A stretch of DNA of 64,000 bases. Origin: Enoplolaimus lenunculus. Lineage: Eukaryota. The position numbers were made by a program, and so were the translations under genes. The stretch spans positions 372,001 to 436,000 of the forward strand of contig JASANG010002574.1 of assembly GCA_030248215.1 (NCBI GenBank). Reading direction: 5' to 3'. The stretch's first letter is position 1. Each line of letters begins with the position of its first letter. The notes beneath the pieces are model-generated. The model had not been told where the DNA came from. It saw nothing but the letters and a program-made list of their open reading frames with translations, and did not search any database. Shown here piece by piece: positions 38,559 to 50,434 of this stretch.

Positions 38559-38912
38559 GGGTTTCTGAAATCTTACTTAAGTATTTACTTAAGTTATACT
38601 TACTTAAGTAATTACTTAAGAAATTACTTAAGTCGCCGACTTACTTAAATTTTCGACCACAACCAAAGAAACGTCAAATAAACAGCCATTGTCGCGACCA
38701 GAAACTAACAGTTTTGCTTTATATTTTAAGGAGACATCATGGGCCTACAATTTCAATATACACCAAGGTTAGTATGCCTGAGCGGTTAATTTGTAGCACA
38801 TCAAATTTAGTCAGCGACGTAAGTATTTACTTAATTTAAGTACGCTTTTAAAAACGACAAAAAGCTTAAGTAATTACTTAGCACGTACTTAAGTACTAAA
38901 AGCCGTACTTAA
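38559..38912. mobile_element. TACTTAAGTA-rich dispersed element
   Basis: 38820-38912 matches 70-165 of the window; the start GGGTTTCTGAAA is complementary to TTTCAGAAACCC at 166-177. Confidence 0.6.
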
Positions 38913-40967
38913 TTAGTGTTATGTGTTAAAGTCAAATAATAGTTTGTAAAAATTATCCATGAAAAAAAAGTAAAAACAACATATTTATTTCAATTGACAT
39001 TGTAGGATGATTCAGACCAATAACAAATCCATTTTTCTACAACAAAAAGTTTATTTTCAGAAAAAAATACTAAAAATGCAATAGTTGGCTGTTACAGCAT
39101 GAAAGAAACTAGTTCACAATGGTGTGAAATGTTGCATACTGAACAAAACTTTTTTACGCTTGTAAAGCAATATAAAATTTGTTTTATTCCTACAAAACGA
39201 ATATAAATTGACAAAAATTTAATCTCAAATTCGTAGTATTTCAAGAATTATATTATCTTTTATTTGCTGGCGCTGGATTTCTGCAAAATGAGGGCGTTTT
39301 GTAAATCCTTAAATCAGGGCCATCGAGATTTAGCAGCCAAATTGACGAACACCAAGTAAAATGGTTAAGCGAAGAAACTATCATTTTGACCATTTGATAT
39401 ATATGTGTAAATATATATATATGTATATATATTTATATATATGTATATATATATATATATAACTTTTTACCGCTTTAACATTCAAATAATGTCCTAAACG
39501 GCAGACAAGTCCAAATACAGCTCACAGTCATAAACTAAACCGTGTGGAGTTTTTACCAGAATTTAAGATTTAAGTGGTCCGGGCAACTAGACGCTAAAAG
39601 TTTCGCGTTGAAGAATATACTTTAGGGCCCATATTCTCAAATGCGTATAGCATCTATCATCAGTTAGCGATCGGTTTTCAAACTGACGAACATCTGCAAT
39701 TGCCGATCTCAAACTTTGAACACAAGTAGGGTAAATCAAACGTGAACAATGTGCTGAATTTCGAACTTTATCATGCGCTGGTTCCAAAGTTACCGGACCG
39801 ATCATTAACTGGTGATAGATGCTAAACACATTTGACAATTCGGGCTTTTAGAAGCGAACGAAAAGCTTGACACAACTTAAGGACGAGTTCAAAACGGCGA
39901 TTCGATTGTCAAATACCGTGTCTGTGTGTGAAACGTTGACGAAAACCTCTTAAGCGATACGAGCGAAAAGCTAAACTTAATTGTTCGATTACGTTACTTT
40001 GTAACAATTGCAAAAATGTTTCTTGGCTTATGGATTGGGAGTCTATGATCCTATCCCACAAATCCCCGCTGGCTATGCACGTACTTTTGATTTAGATCTT
40101 ATTTGGTGATCCTAGGTCCTAAACTGAATTCAATTGAACTCGGAATTGTGCTTGGATTGAACTCAGTCTGAGTAAATTAATCAAATCGCTCGTAATTGAA
40201 TCCACATACAGCGAATTCTTGTTTCGTGTTATCAACTCAGAAATATTAACCAGAAATCACTGATTCGTTGTTCGAGTTGATCAATCAACTAGCTGAAATT
40301 TACAGTTTTGATGTCGCCGGAACAACACTCGAACACTCAGACCATATTAATGTAATGTTCAGGACTCATCCGCTATTGCGCTTTATGACCCTAAAATAGC
40401 TTTGGGTAAAAGTTCAACATCTTAAACTGTCTCAAACAAAATATACACCAACAGTTAAACGCTAAGAGTTGATCAGCTGAACAGTTGCTACAACGAAAAT
40501 AAACGACCCACAAACTAAAAGCTAAAACCACCCGTCACCGCGACAGATCCAGAAATGTCTGACCGGATGGTGGGAACGCTGGCAAAAGTTATGAAACGCA
40601 ATTTTTTACTGTATGTTATGTGCCAATTTTCTGATGGAAGAAACTTCTATGGTAGAGGCATTACCATTTTATCACAAACAATTTTCAGAACCCTGGTTGA
40701 CGTACGTCCCCTCGCCCATCGTATCTGGATTCACTAGTGACATCAAGTAGGTTTAGTTGCCGTTGTATATCCATCAAGTACTGATTCTAAGGAATGGCTT
40801 TAAAACTTGAAAATTTGCCGTTAAAAACAGTGCAAAAAGTTGCGTTAAACAGGTTTCCCAACTGGTTCACGATTGATTTACCTGTTTGCAAAGGCCAAAT
40901 TGTAATCTGACACGTCACCGAACAGTTGACGACAGACCTAAACCGTGAAAAATATCTGGTACAAGTA

Positions 40968-41410
40968 CTGTAGTGACCCGAATAAGAGACGGGTGACTGA
41001 TATTTACTTGGGTCTTTAGAGGGAACCCCTTGTTATTCGGTTCCGGACTGTTATTTATTTTTAACCCACGCTCCGCCACGCTTCGTTACGGATATATATC
41101 CGGTGTACTGCAATTATCTGTTGAGTTAAACGTTTTTTGCCTTGCATCAAAAGCTTGAGCGGTAATGCAAGGTTTTATACTTTGAAATGTTACTTTCAAA
41201 ACTTAAGTACACTTTAAAGTTTCGAACTCAACTTTTGGTTCTGGAGTCATTCATGCGCTACAATTATAGATAATTGACATTTATGAACTCTAAATAGGGA
41301 TTAGGGACTCTATCCGCTTACGGACTCTTATTAGGGATACGGACTCTTATTGATTTGGACTCAAAATGGGGACCCCCTCTTACTACCCCCTCTTATTCGG
41401 TTCACGTCAG
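40968..41410. mobile_element. Tc1/mariner-type MITE (TA TSD), same family as 31973-32222
   Basis: TA|CTGTAGTGACCCGAATAAGAG ... CTCTTATTCGGTTCACGTCAG|TA. Confidence 0.7.
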
Positions 41411-41594
41411 TAAAAGAATGCAAAAACTTAAATTCTTGTAGAGTACCCTCATCATTTTTGAAATTTTCATGTTTTGGCATAACAGGCTTTACTAGGGCGG
41501 CTACGCTTAGGCTAAGCTTGCAGGGAGGAAAGTGTAGAGGTATTAAAAATACACGGTTTCAAGGATAGCAAACGTGTATGATTGATTTACTCAA

Positions 41595-41859
41595 CCCTGT
41601 CACTCATAGAGTATGTTATAAGCAACTAAAATACCAATAATATGCGAGCAATACAGACACTCTGAGCAGTGTTTAACAATTCTGACATATATGTGAAGTG
41701 CAAAATCTTCACAAGACGTGAGAGTTCCCTCGTGCTCGAGTGTCAAGCTTCTATAGCTCAGCGGTCATCGTAAACACCTCCAACCCGTGAGACTGGAGAT
41801 CGAAGCTTACCTTGTAATCACACCTTATATAAAATTGAAAATATTCATGTGAGAAAGGG
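41595..41859. mobile_element. Diverged, inverted copy 6 of the piggyBac-type MITE
   Basis: Ends in ATATTCATGTGAGAAAGGG|TTAA; internal TCAAGCTTCTATAGCTCAGCGG...ACTGGAGATCGAAGC matches the reverse complement of the other copies with many substitutions. Confidence 0.7.
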
Positions 41860-44800
41860 TTAAAATTTCATTTTTAGCTATAATGGCCGAGTTAGTCCGT
41901 TTCAGCGTTTGGATCCGTTTATACGGATTTCAGCCTGTACACAATAGTGCACAAGGTGTTTAAGTCAATATTAATAATCCGAAACTAATGAATACGCTCG
42001 CTACTGGTAAACTGGAAAGTAACAACAAATTATGTACACTAGCAAATCCACATCCATCAAAATTTTTTTGTGTTAACGTCCCTACCTTACAAATTTCCCC
42101 CTCAGAAAAAAATTTTGTAAAACACAATTTTTCCCGCAGAATTTTTTGAGATAAAACGGCAAGGTCCCCCTACCTTACAATTTTTCGGCCTGATAATATT
42201 TTTTTGGTGATAAAATGATAAGGTCCCTAGTTTATAATTTTTGCGTTTCATTTACCAGCCCACCCCCAGTCAGAGAGTTTTGGATCCGCCTCTGATTATG
42301 CAGCCATGTCTCAACGTTCCCTATAGCCCCACAACTGTTTCAAGAAACCTCTTTTTAAACATCAGTTCCAAAACGAAATTCTTCAGGTGAGACTCTGGTA
42401 ACAGGCGGTACACCACGATGTAATTCTAACACCAAAATCTACTCCAAAATCGAGCATGCGACAATGAAATCTGTGAATCCTGTCACACGATCAGGTCAAC
42501 GTATAGAACAGGGCTGTAAAACTAGTATAAGCATATTCATAAGCCCAATCGTACCAATGAGCATACGTGTAAAAGCCAAATCAAAAAAGTTTTGCTCAAC
42601 CTATAGTCTATTGCAGTCACGCAGAAAAACATTCCACCCCTGATCTTTATACATGAGCCCGTCATCGTATCATGTTTCGGTCGTGAAATTGAAAACTAAA
42701 AACCTTTATCTTGAGACAAAACAAAATATATAAATGTCGGTATGCACGTGTACAAAATTCTGTTTTAACCATGAAAAACTTTAGCATGCGGGCATGGAAT
42801 GGCATAGTTTGTTGGCTTGTCATTGTCAAACTTTAGCTGCTGGGTGCCTTAATTCTGGCATATACATACAGTTTTAAAGCTTAATCTGAATCTTTCTGCA
42901 TTCTAAAAACAAGCAATAAACGCTGTCAACTTTTGTTGTTTAAGAAATTGGTTTTGAAGGCATTTAAACAATATATATATATCTCAGGGTGCGACCGGAT
43001 GCCAAAAAATGCCGGAGCCGGATAATCTAACATCCGGTGGAGCCGGATAGTTAATTCAAATCTAATGTTAGATGGCATTTAAATATCAGAACGCAACTAA
43101 TGTAGCTAACACTTCATCCTTCCATGGCCTAAGTAACCCAAAGGGTTCACGACCTTACACGTCGATGATTTTTCAAAACATTAACAACGACGCTATTCTA
43201 CGATTCTATGGTTTTGTAGCGTTGCGTTCACAGTGGCAATATTTATTTGGACCAGTTAATTTTAATCGTATCCAGTATTTCCTATAGGTACAACAAATAG
43301 AGGTGGCTTTTAGGATCAGGAATGTAAGTTATACGGTCTCGACAAGTCTCGGTATTTGGCAGGTCTTGGTCTCGGTTTTGACGCCCGAAACAACTCAATT
43401 AGAAATTTTTGATATTCACAAGGTACAACCGGAGGTCTGTTTCCGGCTCCGGCAGAAAATCGGTCTCCAGCTCCAGGCAGAATTTTTGCCGGAGATTGCG
43501 GCAATTGCGGTAGTAACAGTTTGCATAATTTTGTAAAATTTATCTGTTTAGCGCGTTTCGTTTTACTTTTGTAACAATTTTCAGAAATTTCGCAGAAAAT
43601 AAGTGTAAAACCAAACAACTTAACAACATATTTCACATATAGGCTAAAATTAACTAATTAACCATCATTTTTACTGCCTAATTTTGCCTCACCTCCGGCT
43701 CCGGTTAAAGCAACTCTCGTGGACCTCCGGTTCCGGTATTTGTCACTTGCGGGAGCAACCTGATATATACCCCACTGTCTAAAATAGTCTTTAAATTAAT
43801 TTTTGCACTACATTAAATAAGATGAACATTTTACATAAAACATAGGTTTTTCATTGCTATAAATAGCAAATTTAAAAAAATTGTATATATAAAACGAATT
43901 TTCTAAATTCCGTGTACACAGTAAACTCCTGATGTCCTATTTATGGTCCATGTTATATACATTAAGGGGCGTCCAGATTTCTGGCGAGTCTATAAAAGAG
44001 TTAGGTTTAGATTCTAGATTAAATTTTTTGCGTAGGTTTAGGTTTATGAGCACATTTTTGCAACGCTTACGAATACGCTAAACCTAAGAATGAGTTTATT
44101 CCTAAGCCTTATAACTTTCGAGGTCATATACTAAATTAGCAGAAAGAAATATACGTACTTGATGCTATTTTAGTAATTTTTTGTATTCATTTTGTAAATG
44201 TGTAATATATGTATATATTGAAAATTCCGGGGAGAAAAATCTGCCCGTGACAGGGGCACGATGGACGTGCCGAGTGCACGTATGGTAACGTGTGAGCGAC
44301 AGTAATGCACTAGCCCTATTTATAAACAAAGTAAATTACGAACACACCTGGATATACACGAAGCTGTATTTGGCAGAACTGTCTCCAATATTTATTTCAA
44401 CAAAGCAAACCACCCAAACTCTTTTTATAAGTCTGATTTGGGATTTAAAAACAAAAACACGGAAACGGATAGTAGTGATCAAAATAACGGAAACAATGTT
44501 GACTACATCTTGTTTCCTGACCGTACAAATTTTAGGTATACGAGATACAGGTTTACTTACAGAAATACTACCAAGTGTTGCTCAAGCACCTGGTTTATAT
44601 TAACATACGTTTATAACACAGTACATAGCATAGATAAGCTAAACTTAGAAAGTTAACACGTGTAATGAACACTGTATAGCGGTGCGGATAATTGCGTCTA
44701 TTTGCTTTAAATGTCTTAATCTGAAACCTGATGGTTTCTTGAAGGTTCAATGATCGCTTCGAAATATTTTTGAAAGAGTGAAGTTCTTAATCTTACTTTC

Positions 44801-45650
44801 AACCTGCACAAAAACGAAAAACATTTGTTTTAAAAATAACCTTCGGGGATTCAACTTCATTTTCAAAGTTGAGCAAACAACGCGCTCTCTAAATATAGAA
44901 AATAGAACCTGTTTTACCACCCAGTTGAGACAAACTATACTTTAGCAAGCTGTCACACGACAAATATACAATGCAAGGCATAGAGGCTGAAGATTACACA
45001 TCAACCCGGACACAACACAGAGTCTGCCCAGTCGTAACCAAAGCCAGAGCAAAACTATCACAACTACGATCTGGGTGGGCTGAGATGTGTAACACCAACC
45101 TGGCCCGTATTGATCTAGCTGCCATGAACCTATTTCCGTCATGCGGTCTCGGGCCACGACTCAACCCACCTATTCCAATATAGCGCGAATCCTATATCCC
45201 AAACAACGATGGGCCTCTGGACTAAAAACGTCAAAGTGGCGAAGTTTTCTGCTTCTTAATGTGCAATACCGATCAGAAATAATCGGCCACAACAACAACA
45301 ACAACAATAATAATCAATAGTAAAACCGAACGTACGAAAAGTATTTTCAGACTATTTTGTCATTGTTAAAAAATTATTTTAGGCACGAAAATACACTTAT
45401 AGCTTTTCGATATCTAACAGTACAACAACTGAATGAATTTCATACATTTGGGCAAGTTTTTGAGCATATAGAACCTTAATGAAAATGCGCATACTGCCTC
45501 TAGACTACAACAAACTTACGCAAATGCCAAGCCAATGTTAATGAAAAACTGTACAGACAATACAAGTGTTTAAAAAATAGTTCGCTGTAAAATTTTAAAT
45601 CACCTTGTTCGTATAATACAGTAACATATTTTCATCCAAATTTGTTAGCT

Positions 45651-48600
45651 TCACGAGGTTCTTGTCACCTTTGTTTTCTTGAATGCTTTTACCATATCAA
45701 CAAGTTGAGTTATTCCTTCATAGAGACCTTCGCCTGTAACTGCGCAAGAAGACTGAATAAACCACGAATGTCCCACTAGATCAGGCAAGCACAGTTGCTC
45801 CGCGAGTTCTGAAGTTGACATTGCGTCTAAAATACAAAATGGGGTTCTGAGACATACTGAGCATTAACATACACCAAAATGCATAAAGTTGTTGTTCTGA
45901 TTCCGACATAATCCAGTTCTGTTTTGCACCGGTTCAAACACTAAGCTATTCAAAGTGTTTATGTGACAAAGGTTAAAATCTCATGACGATGCATATTCAA
46001 CACTTTTATTAGTTAAAATACCAGAGCCGGATGTCAACGCACCCTGTGCGTACATACAGAACTGTCCAACTTTGTCGCGTATACGAAATTCCAAGAGAAG
46101 TCTCAGACAGAAATATATGAAGCATAGTCACCACGCAATAAGTATATTTTTAGAAATAATATATCAACGGCGTAGCTTATGATTCTAATTGCAGCAAAAA
46201 TAACACCGTACCAGGTAAAACAAATTATTATCGCAACAAATGCACTTACTGGGTAAATCTTGTTTATTAGCAAAAAGCAACAAAGGTGCTGACTTTATAC
46301 GTTCGTCATTCAGGACGTCGTACAATGCTTGACGTGCTTCACAAAGTCGATCACGATCGGCGCAATCAACAACAAAAATAATTCCTGCAAGTAACACAAA
46401 AAAATACGTAAATCACGATAATCCGCAAAACGCAAGCAATGAATTACTTGTTCTACATTGTAGATTAGGTATTAGCCTACACAAAATGAGATATTTTCTC
46501 ATTTGCGCGGTTGCCAGTTTATCACTGCCCAAACTGTCAGATTTGTAACCACCAACATGCACGTATCAAATATATACAGGATTTGTAAACATTAGGGTTG
46601 TGCTATACTTGTCGTACAGCGCCGTCGGTCCCCGTACTGCACCATCTGCAAACAAACAGTATGGTACGTGAGTAAATTCGCGTATGATACCGGACGGTGA
46701 CGGACAGTGCCGTACATCATCAAAAGTAAAAGTATAGCGCTTCCCTTACTCTGTTACAATGGGATAGTGGGCTCCGTTTAACCGGATCACGTTTTTCTCT
46801 GAGCAGCAAGAGTTTTGTGTGTTCACCGATAAAATTGCTAATAGCTAAAACATAAATTCTAGTTCGCCACGCCTGACCGGTCTTGGTTACAACATTGATG
46901 TCAGTTTTGCTATTATGGCCGTTACATTTATGAAAACAGAATACGCCAATGCTGACAAACGTAAAACGATGTTAACATATAGTAAAAATAACAAAAATGG
47001 AAAACAATAGTGAAGTAGAAAAGTTTCAAAGATGTTATATACATTTTTTCTGTCTATCCGGGTTTTCTAAACTTTGTAGAAAAGATGGTGTATACATAAT
47101 ATTTTTAAGGTTTAGATTAATTTCCTCATTTTATTAGCATATGAGTAATGAAAAATTATGCATTATATACTCGATTTACAATGAATTATAAGCCTTAAAG
47201 CAACGAACTACCTGTATGGCTATAACGGAAATGAACACCGATTTTTACCAGGAACGGAAATTAAGTTATATAAATGCTAGACGAAACCTGATGCTTTATT
47301 TTTGCTTTGATGTATGTTACCTTACAATTTATTGGTGATTTTTAACCGAAAAACTTAAACAGAAATTATTATTCCTGTATGAAATTAATTACCATCAGTA
47401 CAGTTGAAATAGTGTTGCCATAAGCGTCGAATCATTTCTTGACCGCCTACATCCCACACTGAAAACACTACGCCTTTGCCAGTATCAACCGTTTCAACAT
47501 TGAATCCAATCGTTGGAATTGTCGTTATGACTTCGTTGAATTTGAATTTGTATAATATTGTCGTCTTCCCTAGAAGCACAATACACCTTAACTACAAACA
47601 CAATGCCTCACTGCAGAACAAAATTTTCCGATCAAGCAATTATTAATTGGTGAACAAGTTAAAATTATTCAGGACGAATCATGAAACATTTCAATAATCG
47701 AAAATAACTTTTCAAGTTCAATATAGAAAAATGGATTTCAAAAGACGAACTCGACTCGGGAATTCTAAAAACGTTAGAGTTGTCGCGGTGTCCTCACCTT
47801 ATTTGGCGGGGCCTCAGGTCCACTTTTAACAACAGTCCTTAGCTGACTCACAGGAAAAATATCCGACAACACTCGGTTCTCGTTTGAAAAATATGCAAAT
47901 CACAAAAAATTACTGTACGCATCATTTTTATTATCTCACAGTTTGCTTTGCACACTACAAAATATAATTGTTTATTTTGAGCTGTTAGCCACCATTCATG
48001 TTCATACTTATCTTTACTTTCCTAACTTGACCTTGGCTGGCATCGGCCTTACGCCGTGGCTCCGGTAAAACTCCCGGCCCCGGGTGAACTCTAATAACGT
48101 GTGTATATATATAGAAAACTTGGCTACATTCCGAAAATTTTTCCGATTTTTTACACACGGGTTCCCAGCATTAAAAAACTAAAATAAAGTGTATATAACA
48201 ATACAGCTTAATTAAAATACAAAAACCATTTTTGATCAAAAATGACCGATTATTTATGGCTAAACATGCAAATATCGACATATTTTAGTATAATACCTGG
48301 TAAACGGCAATGACCACATGCGATTTGTTACGCATGTAGGAATTTGTTATCCATTTTAGGATGATCCAAGGAAGCCGGGTATATATCAGGATTCTAACAG
48401 GAACTAAATTTTGCCGGAAGAAGAACAGGAATTAAATATCTATGAAGAAACTGGAACAGGAACAGTAACCGCAATTGGAAATAGTTTTTATCACCGAATT
48501 GCTGCTGAACTTTTCACAATCCTTACCAAAAAATGGTTTAAGCGAATTTTGAGCTATTTCATCATAAAGTTTTCCGAGGCCACATCAGATTTTTAATCCA

Positions 48601-48973
48601 ACCGTTTAGTAACAAAGCATTGAACTAATTGCAAAAACACTCATTTAGAAATAAAATTCTTTGAAGACAATGAATAAATTGCACAAAACCGTAAAAACTC
48701 CCGTTCCTGCATCTTTGAACGGAGGTACAGGAACAGGAATTGAATTTTTGCATGAATTCCGGCCGGTAGAGGAATCCCGGTTGAACACTGGCATATATAA
48801 ATCTATATAATTGCCGTAATAACGCTAAAATGATAAAGCAAAATATAAGTACAGCTACTGTTGGCATGCGTAATCATACCTGCGTTGTCTATCCCCACCA
48901 TTAATATGCGAGCCGGATCGTCAGAAAATCCAGAAAAAATATTTGCAAAAAGTTTTGACAAATAATATCCCAT
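45651..48973 (-). CDS. ADP-ribosylation factor family small GTPase (ARF/ARL-like), 193 aa, 4 coding exons
   Basis: Exons 48880-48973, 47393-47569, 46250-46384 and 45651-45826; all GT-AG, phase 1, total 582 nt. N-terminal MG myristoylation site, P-loop [26 protein letters not shown] and SCAVTGEGL motifs are all intact. Confidence 0.93.
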
Positions 48974-49305
48974 ACTTAAAACACTCAAACAATTTGCACT
49001 TACAAGAACGATTCTGAACATAATGACGGCCATATCGTTTGTGCTGTCTTTTATATCAACACTGATGTGGCGTTACGTCATTGAGTTACTAATGTTACGT
49101 GAACGTGATATGTGACAACTCGCAATGTTCCAACTTGGCAGTTTTGGCTGTAACTTCGAAACGGTATAAACAACACTAGCTTAGTAATATCACTACTTTT
49201 AAATAATGTGTTCAAATCAGTGTAGAGCGACGTTGGAACATGTTTGTCTTGTCCTGTTTCTGCATCACTTTCGAGTTTCGGTACTGCGGAGTTCGATAGT
49301 TTGAA

Positions 49306-49459
49306 AACGTACCGTTAACTATGATAATTTTTACGCGCATCTGAGAACACATCCCTCAGGCTGAACTAGTCAAAACGTCGCTAACGTACCGTTAACTATG
49401 ATAATTTGTACGCGCATCTGAGAACACATCCCTCAGGCTGAACTAATCAAAACGTCGCT
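49306..49459. repeat. 77-bp direct tandem duplication in the ARF/hnRNP divergent intergenic region
   Basis: AACGTACCGTTAACTATG...CAAAACGTCGCT at 49306 and 49383, two mismatches. Confidence 0.9.
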
Positions 49460-50434
49460 ACGAATATCTGGCTGATTGGTATAATTTTTGAGGCTCTAGT
49501 CATGACTTTATATAATAAAAGATAAAATTGTGTTGAAGAAATTTGTTTACTTTAAATCTGAGGTCGACTGTTAAGTTCCCATATTCTTAAATGTGTATAA
49601 CAACTATCATCAGCTAGTGATATTGGCTCGGTAGCGAAAGAACCAAAGTAAAAAACCGGTTTTTTCAAAAACATTCACTTTTAATCGAAACTTTTATAGG
49701 ACATTATCACCAACTTGTTATAGTGCTACTGACACACAATACAGAATATTGCTCTAAGTGTATAACAAACACGAACAATGTGCAAAATTTTAAACCTCAC
49801 TATGTTCTGGTTTCAAAGCTACAGCACCTATCTCCAACTAGAAATAGGAGCTACTCATATTTGAGAACACGGGGTTTTGTTTCTTTATGCTGCAAACGCA
49901 CAGTCTGTTATTTTAAGCGATGACTTAGCTACGCTATTTGTTCGTTTTCTACGACGGTAACTTGATATGTTAGGCTGTGCGATGTTTTTAACTTGAAGCA
50001 GTAGCAGTTGCCTAAAGTCTCGTTTACAGTTGCAGAAAGGTGGCAACCGTGCGATTATGATATAAACATTTGTGCTATTCAACTTCGCCTTTCTTACGCC
50101 AGGGATCGACGGGATATTACTTTTACTGCAACTCGTTCAAGCGACGTTTTTGAGTATTGTTGCACGCCAACAGACGCCATAAATCAATATTACACTTGTT
50201 AATACAAATTATCCTTATAATCACATATTTTGTAGTTACGATTCCGGTATAAATTGGCTGTTACGATTCCGATTCCGGTATAAATTTGCTGTTCCGGTTC
50301 CGATTCCTGCATAATCCAGTTCGCTTTGCACCCCGATACGTATATATACTTACGTGGCTGGTTTGTATGCAATATATTATAACATACTTATATACCTACA
50401 TTGTCCTATTGTCTAGCGAATATACAATCGATAC

